From a virus: DNA of 42,387 nt. The stretch is from the IMG/VR virus record IMGVR_UViG_3300038406_000091, positions 1 through 42,387 of that record, one strand, 5' to 3'. The notes under the pieces are model-generated. The model did no database searches. It had not been told where the DNA came from and saw only the letters and a list, made by a program, of their open reading frames with translations. Positions 21,928-30,535 of the stretch are shown piece by piece. Position 1 is the first letter of the stretch; the number at the start of each line of letters is the position of its first letter. Made by a program: the position numbers and the translations under genes.

Positions 21928-22956
21928 CTAAGCCCGCTGCCGCTTCCAGGCGAGATAATCGGCCCCCTCTTCCACGTCGAGGCAGACGTGAACTAATCCC
22001 CGCTCGCTCTTAGCATAGGGGTCGATGATGGTCACTGCGTTCTCGAAGTAGGATTGATTCGGCAGGTTCAGTTGCTTCCCGTAGCGATCATGGGTCTTGT
22101 AGGCGCCCACACGCAGGAGATGGGATATCAGCTTTGTGTCCTCGTCGAAGGCCGTCATATAGCCCGAGACGTGGGTATGGCCGGCCACAAAGACATGGTC
22201 CCGAAAGCGCGTCTTGGCGGCCTTGAGCTGGCCGTGCGTGGGATGCCACATGGAATGCCCCGGCCAGTCGTGCGCGGTGTTCACGCGGACCTCGCGGCCG
22301 TTGGGGAAGATCAGGTTAAGCCTTGCCCCCATGTTCTCGTGGACGGTGTTGCAGTGCTTCAGCATCCATTGCACCGGGTCTCCGGATCCAGACCAGCACC
22401 CGTGGTTCCCGTCCAGGAAATACAGCCAGTCCACGGAACGGACGAACCATTCGCCGAGCTGCCATGCTTCTTGCGCGGAGGTGGACTGTTCGGCGTAGAG
22501 CCCCACCAACCTACCGGCCCAGTTGTTCATCGCATCGCCGATATTGCCGGCGAACAAGCCCTCTGTGCGCTTGATAATGTCGATGTGGCGGCGCAGGAGG
22601 CCGATGTTCGTCCCATCGTCATCAACGTGCGGATCGCCGAAATGGGAGATCCCTATCGGGCCGTCGATGTTCACCCGAACATTGATGAGCCTTCGGGCCT
22701 CTTCGGCGAGGTTGACCTGTTCAAATTTCCGTTCCCGCTCGTCTAGCAGCTCTTCCACCGGACGCAATTTGGACGGTAGCTCGGGAACTGTGAAGCCCTT
22801 TTTCCCCTTGGCCTGCATTTCCAGCGCGTAGCCTACCCGGTCCCTAAACGTCTCTCGGGAGACGCCCATGATCCGCGCCGCTTCCGCCTTGCTCCCGCAC
22901 TGTCTGAGTACCGCCAGGACTTCTCTGCACTGCTCGTCTGAGATTGGGCGAGCCAT
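21928..22956 (-). CDS. Calcineurin-like metallophosphoesterase with an N-terminal HTH
   Basis: Start at the internal ATG (MARPISDEQCREVL..., TAATG junction). 'GDPHVDDDG', 'GNIGDAMNNW', 'LDGNHG', 'AGHTHV' are phosphoesterase motifs. The N-terminal 'AEAARIMGVSRETFRDRV' is HTH-like. Confidence 0.65.
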   Translation of the reverse strand: MARPISDEQCREVLAVLRQCGSKAEAARIMGVSRETFRDRVGYALEMQAKGKKGFTVPELPSKLRPVEELLDERERKFEQVNLAEEARRLINVRVNIDGPIGISHFGDPHVDDDGTNIGLLRRHIDIIKRTEGLFAGNIGDAMNNWAGRLVGLYAEQSTSAQEAWQLGEWFVRSVDWLYFLDGNHGCWSGSGDPVQWMLKHCNTVHENMGARLNLIFPNGREVRVNTAHDWPGHSMWHPTHGQLKAAKTRFRDHVFVAGHTHVSGYMTAFDEDTKLISHLLRVGAYKTHDRYGKQLNLPNQSYFENAVTIIDPYAKSERGLVHVCLDVEEGADYLAWKRQRA

Positions 22957-23204
22957 TAAGCCTCCACGGTCTTGATGGTGCGCACCGACTTGAGCATCCC
23001 AGCGGGGATCTCCATGCGGTCGGACCATCGGTTGCATTCGGGGTCGTAGGTCGAGGCGAGGATGATGGATTCCTCGTTGCGCTCGACCAGGAGCCCATAG
23101 GACTTGAGCGGGGGATTGGGTCGGGGCTTCTTGGGATCGTGCTCGAACCAGCCCCCGTCTGTGCGGGCGTCTATCCAGGTGACGCAGACGAGTTTGAGCT
23201 TCAT
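22956..23204 (-). CDS. Hypothetical protein
   Basis: Internal ATG (MKLKLVCVTWIDARTDGGWFEHD...) with an ATGA overlap to the upstream gene. Confidence 0.5.
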   Translation of the reverse strand: MKLKLVCVTWIDARTDGGWFEHDPKKPRPNPPLKSYGLLVERNEESIILASTYDPECNRWSDRMEIPAGMLKSVRTIKTVEA

Positions 23205-23476
23205 ACGCTCACCGGACAGGTATAACCCGCAGGCAGGTCCACATCGACCCGAGTCATTTCCTTCTGCCCGTTCACCAGGGGAAGTTCCGCGAGCACCTTG
23301 TTGAAGAACTCCAGCAGCTCGGTATTGGTCACGACATGCTTCCACTTGGCGCTAACGTACTGGCCGTCAAGAAAGCCGATCATGTGTTTCGGCTTGCCGC
23401 ATTCGTAATGGACCTCCAGATAGGAGGCATGAACAGGGAGAGCGAACAGCAGGACAGCGAAGAGTAAGGCGCGCAT
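23201..23476 (-). CDS. Secreted hypothetical protein
   Basis: 91 aa. Signal peptide MRALLFAVLLFALPVHAS. No lipobox Cys. Confidence 0.5.
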   Translation of the reverse strand: MRALLFAVLLFALPVHASYLEVHYECGKPKHMIGFLDGQYVSAKWKHVVTNTELLEFFNKVLAELPLVNGQKEMTRVDVDLPAGYTCPVSV

Positions 23477-23487
23477 GTGAAACCCCC

Positions 23488-23868
23488 TTATTTGCCTCGC
23501 ATGAGGCGGATGGCCGAAGGAAGGTCTTTAAGGATGGCCCGCCCGCCAAACCAAAAGGTCAGGACGAGCAGAAGGATGTTTTGCCAGTAGTCGGAGATCG
23601 TCTCCGCTGCGGGAAGGGTCCACCAGCCGATGAAGCCGCCGATGAGCCAGAGCGTTACACCGGGACGGACAAGGCGGTTGAGGCCATCGACCAGCACATC
23701 GAAGATGGAGCCGTGGGAAACGAGCTGCATGGCGCGGGCATCGGACAGGTCTTTCTGGTCCGTCTCGGTGCGCTCCTGCGCGGTGTGGAAAGCTTCGTCC
23801 GCGACCTCTGCGACCTTCTCGCCAGTCTTGCCGGAGAAGAGCGCACCAATTTTGCTTAACAAACTCAT
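23488..23868 (-). CDS. Holin, 3-TM (GTA-type/DUF3154-like)
   Basis: Internal ATG (MSLLSKIGALFSGKTGEK...) forming an ATGA overlap with the endolysin stop. Charged N-terminal part, then hydrophobic segments 'VTLWLIGGFIGWW' and 'ILLLVLTFWFGG'. Confidence 0.5.
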   Translation of the reverse strand: MSLLSKIGALFSGKTGEKVAEVADEAFHTAQERTETDQKDLSDARAMQLVSHGSIFDVLVDGLNRLVRPGVTLWLIGGFIGWWTLPAAETISDYWQNILLLVLTFWFGGRAILKDLPSAIRLMRGK

Positions 23869-24209
23869 TTGACCCCCTCGTGCGCGAGGCTGAAGTGGTT
23901 GCCGTCGGGCTTTTTGAAGTCCCCGCCCCACGCGCAATCGGGATCAAGGGTTTTCCAGTAATCGCCCAGAGTCTTGTATGCAGCGGAATCGGTCTGATAG
24001 GCGCCTTTGATAAAGAGGTTCACGTCTACGGCGAGGCGTTTGGTATGGAGGCTATTGGAGATGCCAGAGCCCTTCTGTGCGTTGAGGGCGGCTTGTTCGG
24101 GGGTGCGGTAGGCTTCACCAAAGGTCAGGCCGTAGCCTTTCTCGTGAGCCCACAGGATGAGTTTTGCGAAGAGTACGGAGAACTTCTGTTGCTTGCTGGA
24201 GAGGGTCAT
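23865..24209 (-). CDS. Endolysin, peptidase M15 (L-Ala-D-Glu / D-Ala-D-Ala peptidase type)
   Basis: 114 aa. 'FGEAYRTPEQ...SLHTKRLAVDVNLF...WGGDF...DGNHFS' gives the His/Asp/His zinc-ligand pattern of M15_4. Confidence 0.8.
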   Translation of the reverse strand: MTLSSKQQKFSVLFAKLILWAHEKGYGLTFGEAYRTPEQAALNAQKGSGISNSLHTKRLAVDVNLFIKGAYQTDSAAYKTLGDYWKTLDPDCAWGGDFKKPDGNHFSLAHEGVK

Positions 24210-24370
24210 TTGGCCCCCTTCTTTCGCCTATCCGCGAACCAATCGTAGATGCGAAGTCCTGTCCAAACGATTGAAAATAAAGCGGCTATTGCTGGCAGGA
24301 GCTTGAGGACCGTACTGAATGCGACCGCGATGGAGGCGGCATCGGCGACGGCTTTGGCTTGGTCATGCAT
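24206..24370 (-). CDS. Small membrane protein (54 aa), holin/antiholin-like by position
   Basis: Internal ATG (MHDQAKAVADAASIAVAFSTVLKLLPAIAALFSIVWTGLRIYDWFADRRKKGAK). The longer track ORF would run through a terminator. Confidence 0.4.
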   Translation of the reverse strand: MHDQAKAVADAASIAVAFSTVLKLLPAIAALFSIVWTGLRIYDWFADRRKKGAK

Positions 24371-24508
24371 GGGGAGCCGCCTTGCATGTGGCGGCGGGGG
24401 TGCTATTGTCGGGCATAGCCGTTCCTCAGTTCGTTGGGGATTGGTTAGGGGCCAGGGAGGGTCCGAAGCCTCCCTGTGTTCCCGCTTTCTCTTTGATTTC
24501 AAGGCAAT

Positions 24509-24535
24509 AAAAAAGCCCGCTAGCCGAAGCGAGCG
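24509..24535 (-). terminator. Rho-independent terminator upstream of the lysis cassette
   Basis: Minus strand: CGCTCGC-TTCG-GCTAGCG (one mismatch), then GGC-TTTTTT. Confidence 0.55.
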
Positions 24536-24557
24536 AGCTTGTCTATACTTAAGGGGC

Positions 24558-24591
24558 GGACGAGGTAAGTGCGCTAACACTTACCCCGTCC
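24558..24591. promoter_or_regulatory. Strong hairpin (14-bp stem, one mismatch) in the region 5' of the acyltransferase gene
   Basis: GGACGAGGTAAGTG-cgctaa-CACTTACCCCGTCC, read directly. A second small inverted repeat, CACTA-n6-TAGTG, follows. Confidence 0.6.
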
Positions 24592-24652
24592 TGACCACAC
24601 CACTATGGAGGTAGTGTCATGGCTGTCCTGATTATACACACGGAGGTGAGTT

Positions 24653-25558
24653 ATGCTGGGCTTCTTTAGGCTCCTGCTCGCCTACGGTGTGTTTCTCTCC
24701 CACCTCGATCTCGCCAGCGGCGGCGTCGGCCGCGCAATGGTCTCGGCGTTCTTCCTCGTCTCGGGCTATCTCATCACCCTGACGCTCGTTAAGAACTACG
24801 ACAGCCCCACTCCGTTCTACTGGAACCGCTTCCTGCGTATCTACCCGCTGCATCTGGTCACGCTCGCTGGGGTCGCGGTGGTCGCTACACCTAGCCTCTT
24901 GAACGGCCTCGGTGCGCTCGCCCTGATCCCGGCGTATGCGTTCAAGGTGAATGCGCCGGCGTGGTCGCTCGGGTTCGAGATCCTGTTCTATCTCATCGCC
25001 CCGCTCATCGTGTACCAGCCTAGAGCCATCATGTCTGTTCTCGGGTCGGCCCTGCTCTATCTCGCGGTAACGGGGAATCTCTACCGCCTGGGCGAGGGCT
25101 TTATGATCTCGGGCGACGAGTTCACCGGGACCGCCGTCGTCGTCTCGATGGTCTACTTTATGACCGGGGCGCTGCTCTTCTACGCTGGAAAGATCCCGAG
25201 GAAAACGCAGATCGGCGCTATCGCCCTGACCATCGTTGTGGTCTACGCCATCAAGAAGGGCTGGAGCAATGATCTGCGTGCCTTTCTTGCGATCATGGCC
25301 GCGACGTTCGTTATGCTGCTATCGAGCGGTAAAGACTATGCGTGGTCAAAGTGGGCCGGGGAGCTGTGTTATCCCCTATATCTGATCCACTGGCCCATTA
25401 TTGCCTTCTACAGTCGCAACTACGACGACTCCATCAATGCCGCCCTTCTCCTGTCCGTGGTGTGGGTGGCAATTGAATGGGGCGTGGTTCGTCGTTTACG
25501 CTTTCTTGATGCCGTAAAGATGGATCTCGCCGCTCGCGATATTGCCGCTGCCAAATAA
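24653..25558 (+). CDS. Acyltransferase_3 family membrane protein (O-antigen/glycan O-acetylase-like)
   Basis: 301 aa, polytopic. 'AMVSAFFLVSGYLITL...FYWNRFLRIYPLHL' is the family signature. GGAGGTGA RBS. The only plus-strand gene in this half of the genome. Confidence 0.7.
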   Translation: MLGFFRLLLAYGVFLSHLDLASGGVGRAMVSAFFLVSGYLITLTLVKNYDSPTPFYWNRFLRIYPLHLVTLAGVAVVATPSLLNGLGALALIPAYAFKVNAPAWSLGFEILFYLIAPLIVYQPRAIMSVLGSALLYLAVTGNLYRLGEGFMISGDEFTGTAVVVSMVYFMTGALLFYAGKIPRKTQIGAIALTIVVVYAIKKGWSNDLRAFLAIMAATFVMLLSSGKDYAWSKWAGELCYPLYLIHWPIIAFYSRNYDDSINAALLLSVVWVAIEWGVVRRLRFLDAVKMDLAARDIAAAK

Positions 25559-26875
25559 GAAGCGGATGGCATCCACGTTGTTGTTTAATAGCGTTGCTGA
25601 TCCGGTGGCATAGGCGGCGGGGTTTATATCAACGTTGGCAGTTGAATCATAAGAAGCCGTGCTGATCATTACCTTTTTGTGTACTGATGTGGAGTGGACC
25701 CCATAAATCTTGATTGTTCCGCTGACGCCGCCACGGCCAGCGTTGTTTGATACGCTGGCGGCCAATGTGATAGCCGATCCACTCGAAGCACCGGACGTGT
25801 AATCGGATGCGCCGGCCTCGAATGTAGATCCCCCATCGACCGACATGCGGGCGACCAAATTCTGGGCGTCTGTTGCCGGGGTGACGTTCACCAGCTCAAC
25901 GACAAACACGTCGTAATCCGCGCTAAGGGTCGTGAAGTCGAGGGTGGCGCTGCTGGAGGCTGTGCCGGAGCCGATGTAGACCAGAGAAGAGCCCTGGCTG
26001 GCGGAGGGGGCGGCCAGCGGGGCACCGCTGGCTGGCATGTAATTCGTACAAATCCAATTCCCAGACCCGAGCGAAATGAACTCCGCCCTGTCGTTAGCCG
26101 CCGTCGTGATGTTTGCCGCGGTGGGGAGAATAAGCGAGGTGGCGTTGTGGGTAAGGGTTAATGCTCCGGTGAAACGGACAACCCGCCTCGTGCCGGCCTG
26201 TACCGTTCCCAATCCAGTAATCGTGGTCGTGCCGGTAACGTCGACAAAGTTACCCGTTGCGGCGCCGATGTCGGTGGTGGTGTCGGAGGCGATGTCAGAT
26301 CCCTTGGCTTCGTTCAGCGCCTTGGATGACATCGTGGCCGTTTCGCCAATCGTCAGCGCACCGTTAAGCGTTAACGCGCCCCCGACTGTTTGGGCATCAG
26401 AAAGTGCGAGGCTGAACGTGAAAAAGCCATCTGCGGCAGCGTTTACGCCAACCAAAATCGCCTCATTTGGCCGAAGGGTGTAGTTCGCCGCCGTTCCGTT
26501 GAAGGTGTCCGCGCCGGTTGCCCGACCGATGGTGACGGAGTTGGAGGCGTCGGTGTTTCTGATCCAGCAATACCAACCGGCAGCAAGGGTGGCGGCATCG
26601 GAAAGCGTAAGGGTCACGCCCGATCCAGAGACCTGGATCATCTTGTTATGGTGGGACGCGCCTAACGTGGTGTCTGTCGTAAGCGCGGTGGGGCCGGTGT
26701 TAAAGTGGGTCGTTAATTTGGAGTCCATCGACTCCAGGGCCGTCTTGATCGCATCGGACAGTTTGGTCTTGATCGTGGACCATTTAACCTTGTTCGCTTC
26801 CGACACGGTGCCGTCGTCGGCCGGGGGTGTGGCGTTGTAGCCGCTAACTGATTCGGTTGTGTACTTGGTGCCCAT
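25496..26875 (-). CDS. Tail fibre / receptor-binding protein
   Basis: 459 aa. Ser/Thr/Ala/Gly-rich beta-type sequence. Last structural gene, after a terminator, with a GGAGAA RBS. Confidence 0.55.
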   Translation of the reverse strand: MGTKYTTESVSGYNATPPADDGTVSEANKVKWSTIKTKLSDAIKTALESMDSKLTTHFNTGPTALTTDTTLGASHHNKMIQVSGSGVTLTLSDAATLAAGWYCWIRNTDASNSVTIGRATGADTFNGTAANYTLRPNEAILVGVNAAADGFFTFSLALSDAQTVGGALTLNGALTIGETATMSSKALNEAKGSDIASDTTTDIGAATGNFVDVTGTTTITGLGTVQAGTRRVVRFTGALTLTHNATSLILPTAANITTAANDRAEFISLGSGNWICTNYMPASGAPLAAPSASQGSSLVYIGSGTASSSATLDFTTLSADYDVFVVELVNVTPATDAQNLVARMSVDGGSTFEAGASDYTSGASSGSAITLAASVSNNAGRGGVSGTIKIYGVHSTSVHKKVMISTASYDSTANVDINPAAYATGSATLLNNNVDAIRFLFGSGNIASGEIHLYGIKKA

Positions 26876-26883
26876 AGTTCTCC

Positions 26884-26909
26884 AAAAAGAAAGGGCCCCG
26901 AGGGGCCCT
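26884..26909 (-). terminator. Rho-independent terminator before the tail-fibre gene
   Basis: Minus strand: AGGGCCCC-TC-GGGGCCCT followed by TTCTTTTT. Confidence 0.7.
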
Positions 26910-26934
26910 AATCAGTGCTGCTTTATGGTTGGAT

Positions 26935-28908
26935 TTATTCGGTCGCGGCGACGGCTGTCGCCTTGGGAACCTGTCGGGACACGGCCTCGATAAGTCGTAG
27001 CATTTCAGGACTGCCGGGCTGATACCGGGAAGCCGCAAGCAGGAACTTAGTTCCTCTCTCAGAGGTCCAGAGAAACTTGGTCGCGGCGGCGGTCGTCAAA
27101 AGAACGGTTCCGCTGATTGGCTCTACAGCCGTCAGGGCGCCTGTCCCACCGACGGCCGCATAGCCGGCCAGCCGCACACCAGTTGGAGGTCTTTCAAACG
27201 CCTGTCCCGCTCTCTGCACCGTGGACATGAGATTGCGATAGCCGTCGATGTGGGCCTTGTCCGCACCTTTGAAAAAGACGCCCGTCGACTTTTCAATGTC
27301 GGCGAGCTTGTTACGAAAGGTCGCGGGGCTAAAGGCAATCCGCCCATCGAGTTCCTTGGTCGCGGCTTCTCTGGCCTGATTCACCATCCCATAGCGGACG
27401 GCGGATCTGCCTTTCGGGTCGAGCGCGTTGTAGAACCGCTGTGGCTTGCTTTCCAAGCCTCGTTTGATGAACATCGAGTAGATTTCATCTGCGTCGGCTT
27501 TCTTAAGCGCGGTCGCTAGCTGTCTCTCGGTATAAGGGACAACCTGACTCTTGTAGTAGGTATCTGCGCCCCGCCAGGCTTTGAAGATGTCGCCGCCCTG
27601 CGTCTTGGCGAAGTTGGCCATGTCGTCTTCCAGGGCTTGTTTCACCGCACCCAAAGCGTCTTCTCTGCCCGCCCCGATTCCTTGGGTCGTTCCTTTGTAG
27701 ATGGCGTCGATCTGCTTGCTAACTTCCGACCGAAAACCCCGGAGCGTGGAGAAGTTGGCACCTTGCAATTTCTCTTTGAGGTTGGTCAGGATCTTGATGG
27801 CGCCCGTATCGGGATCGAGGCTGTTCTGAATCTGCGCTATCGCGTCGTCAACCTGCTTGGCGGTTTGGGTGGCGGGAACCGGACCCTTGGGGTCGGCGAG
27901 CGATGCGAGTTTGTCGTATTTCTTATCAGCGATCTTCTTGACCAGAAACGCCCGCACGTTGCCGGAGGTCTGGACGATCTTACCCACATCATCCCCGGCC
28001 TCGGTCATCTCCTGGACGAGACGTTGCGCGTTTCTGTCACCTTTGGCGGCTTTGTCTTGAATGACCTTTAAGCCCCGGTAGTCGGCCCGAACGGCTTTAT
28101 GCAGGAGGTCGTCGGAGAGGTTCGTTGTGGCGGTTTGAGCAGCCTGCGCCTGGGCCGCTCTGTTCACGGACATACCTATAAGAGGAAGTTCTTCCAAACC
28201 CATCCCGACCTTCTTGGTCAGCGGGCTTTGGGAGACGTCGGGGAAAAGAACGGGAACGCCGGCTTTCTTGCCCGCCTCCATCGTAGCGATGGCCTGGGGG
28301 TCTTTGAAGATGCCGCGAGAGAGGTTGGCGACTTTCCCGGCAGCGCGGGCGATGCCCTCGGCGATTGGGGTCGCCAAGAGGCCGGCGCCAAAGCCCCAGA
28401 GGGCATTTTCGCCCCGTGATTCTCCTTCGCCTACGAACTGAGACGCACCGATACCCGTACCGACGGCGGCGTTATAGGCCATCCGTGCTGGTAATGTTTG
28501 CCCGGCGCCGGGGATGGCCATAAGCGGTCCGTAGTTGCCCACAGCGCGGCCTAAGTCGGTTCCGGGCAGTCCGCCGTACTGGTCCTCAAACCGCTGCCGG
28601 CCTTGCTGCGCCTGCTGTGTGAAGTCGGGAACGGCGTCGGGGTTCACCGCTTCTAACCCAAGCTGCTGCACGCCTTCCGCCAGGTCTTGAACGCCACGTT
28701 GCACGGACCGGCCCGGGGCGACAGCGGCGTTGCTCAACTTCTGCTTAAGCTTTGCTTCTTCCGTGCGGGCGTCGGCCGGGAGCATTTGTTGCGCGCCGCC
28801 GTGAAGCTCGGGGAAGTTCCGCTGAATCGCGTTCGCTATTTCCGCGTCCGGCATCCCGTCGGGGAACTCCAGAATACCGACGCCGGGAACCTCGATCTGT
28901 TGCGGCAT
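26935..28908 (-). CDS. Large virion-associated protein (internal/ejection protein candidate)
   Basis: 657 aa. Position equivalent to T7 gp15/gp16. TAATG coupling. Confidence 0.4.
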   Translation of the reverse strand: MPQQIEVPGVGILEFPDGMPDAEIANAIQRNFPELHGGAQQMLPADARTEEAKLKQKLSNAAVAPGRSVQRGVQDLAEGVQQLGLEAVNPDAVPDFTQQAQQGRQRFEDQYGGLPGTDLGRAVGNYGPLMAIPGAGQTLPARMAYNAAVGTGIGASQFVGEGESRGENALWGFGAGLLATPIAEGIARAAGKVANLSRGIFKDPQAIATMEAGKKAGVPVLFPDVSQSPLTKKVGMGLEELPLIGMSVNRAAQAQAAQTATTNLSDDLLHKAVRADYRGLKVIQDKAAKGDRNAQRLVQEMTEAGDDVGKIVQTSGNVRAFLVKKIADKKYDKLASLADPKGPVPATQTAKQVDDAIAQIQNSLDPDTGAIKILTNLKEKLQGANFSTLRGFRSEVSKQIDAIYKGTTQGIGAGREDALGAVKQALEDDMANFAKTQGGDIFKAWRGADTYYKSQVVPYTERQLATALKKADADEIYSMFIKRGLESKPQRFYNALDPKGRSAVRYGMVNQAREAATKELDGRIAFSPATFRNKLADIEKSTGVFFKGADKAHIDGYRNLMSTVQRAGQAFERPPTGVRLAGYAAVGGTGALTAVEPISGTVLLTTAAATKFLWTSERGTKFLLAASRYQPGSPEMLRLIEAVSRQVPKATAVAATE

Positions 28909-29867
28909 TATTCAAACTTCCCGGTGGCGGGGTTGTAGCGACGAACGCGGGACGAGGGGGCCGCCTGCGGGGCAACCTGAGCGGCGGGAGCCGGCATCTC
29001 GTCCATCGTGAAGTCGGTAGTAACGTTCTGCGGGTCCACGCCGTACCGTTTCGCCAGGGCCGAGTATTGCGCGGTGTTCTTCTGGTGGGTCGTCAACTGG
29101 CGTTTGTAGAGCGAGCCCGCGCGGGTGGTGAAGTCGTTGCGGGTGCTGGGGGCTAGTCTCTCGCCGGCGATGGTCTTGTTGTACATCGCCCGCACGCGGT
29201 CGGGGATGCCGGCGGAGTTCTGGGCCGTCGCAAACTCGCCCTCGCGCACCGTAGACCCCGGGTCGAGCATCTTCATGTAGTTGAAGATTAGGGCCAGGTC
29301 GCCCGCCGCCGAGGGATTCTTGGCAGACTCCTGAATGCGGCCGTAGGCGTCCCGCACCTCCATGTAGTTCTTCGACAGGTTTCGGAACTCGTCGCGGAGT
29401 TTCCCAGCCTGGGTGAAGAGCCGATCATTGCGGGCGTTGGCTTGGTTCGGGTCATCCCGAGGAACAAGAGACGCGAAGTCTTGTGTCTCTGCAAACCGCC
29501 TTACAGACTCCTGCGTGTAGTTCTTCGGGTCGATCTTACCAAACAGATCGCTCGGGTCTCTCGGCTGCTTAGCCTGTTTCAAGGCGACGGCCAGTTCGAG
29601 TTGTGCCCCCGGGTTGCGGCGCATCAGTGCGCTCGCTTGTTCGTCGGAAATCACGCCCGCCAGAATGCCCTGCTTGATCTGGTCGAGTTGGGCGCGGTCC
29701 TGCTCCCGGGTCGAGACCAAACCACCGTTGCGGCGCTCCAAGTCTTTCTTTAACTCATCGCCTTCCAACACCTGCAGGTTGCTGAGGTCGAGCGGCTGCT
29801 GTTTCGGTGCGCCGAAGGTCGCGACCTCACCGCCCTTCGCGTTGCGAATGCTGATCCCGCCGAACAT
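28908..29867 (-). CDS. Virion-associated protein (internal protein candidate)
   Basis: 319 aa. TAATG coupling at both ends. Confidence 0.4.
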   Translation of the reverse strand: MFGGISIRNAKGGEVATFGAPKQQPLDLSNLQVLEGDELKKDLERRNGGLVSTREQDRAQLDQIKQGILAGVISDEQASALMRRNPGAQLELAVALKQAKQPRDPSDLFGKIDPKNYTQESVRRFAETQDFASLVPRDDPNQANARNDRLFTQAGKLRDEFRNLSKNYMEVRDAYGRIQESAKNPSAAGDLALIFNYMKMLDPGSTVREGEFATAQNSAGIPDRVRAMYNKTIAGERLAPSTRNDFTTRAGSLYKRQLTTHQKNTAQYSALAKRYGVDPQNVTTDFTMDEMPAPAAQVAPQAAPSSRVRRYNPATGKFE

Positions 29868-30535
29868 TAGGCCGTGCCCCCGGTCATGGCCTTCGCGACA
29901 TCGAACTTCACGCCAGCATTAAATCCGCTACTCTTGCCAGTCGACGTTGTGTCTTTACCCAGGCCAAAGGCCGCGAGTTCCTGCTGCAATCTCTGGTTCG
30001 CGATGTCGGTCGTGTAGCCGTTCAACTGGGCCTCTAGTTGAACTTTCTGCATAACCGAGTTCACGATGTCTTTGTCGATGCCGGTGATGGCCGAAATGTT
30101 ATCGGCTTCGGCCAGGGCTCTGGCGTCCCCTTCGGCGCGGGCGCTCTCAAAGGCGAGCCGGTTCATGTCTTGACCGGCGAAGCTCGATCCCGAGATGTTC
30201 CGCAGGCCGTGGCTGCGATGGAGTTCACCGCGGCGCAAGGCCGACTGCTGGAGGATTGGGTTGACCCGCGCCTGAGTCAGGGCGCTATTATTTCCTGCCA
30301 GCCGATCACGGGTGCCCATCAGCTTCGAGCGATAGTCGCTGATCGTTCCCCCCAGCTCCCCCATCATTCCGCGGGCGCGGTTGATGCCCTCGTCCTGGAG
30401 ATTCCGAATGGACGGGTCCAACTTGAGGGTACGGGTGAACGGATCATACGAACTATTCCCCGTGCCCCGGAAATAAGGACCGGATAGCTCGGTCGATTTG
30501 TCTTTCTTTTTGCCAAAGCCAAAGTCTATGGACAT
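29867..30535 (-). CDS. Virion-associated protein (internal protein candidate)
   Basis: 222 aa. Coupled. Confidence 0.4.
   Translation of the reverse strand: MSIDFGFGKKKDKSTELSGPYFRGTGNSSYDPFTRTLKLDPSIRNLQDEGINRARGMMGELGGTISDYRSKLMGTRDRLAGNNSALTQARVNPILQQSALRRGELHRSHGLRNISGSSFAGQDMNRLAFESARAEGDARALAEADNISAITGIDKDIVNSVMQKVQLEAQLNGYTTDIANQRLQQELAAFGLGKDTTSTGKSSGFNAGVKFDVAKAMTGGTA

Noticed and set aside
24453-24476. Hairpin CAGGGAGG-n8-CCTCCCTG followed by a T-rich tract on the plus strand
   Set aside because: It looks like a plus-strand terminator, but no plus-strand gene lies upstream. It could stop antisense transcription or be a minus-strand RNA structure. There is not enough evidence to call it.
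24206-24580. Full-length 124-aa version of the first lysis ORF
   Set aside because: Its N-terminal 70 codons would run through an intrinsic terminator (24509..24535) and a hairpin, and are Pro/Arg-rich. The internal ATG at 24370 gives a sensible 54-aa membrane protein.
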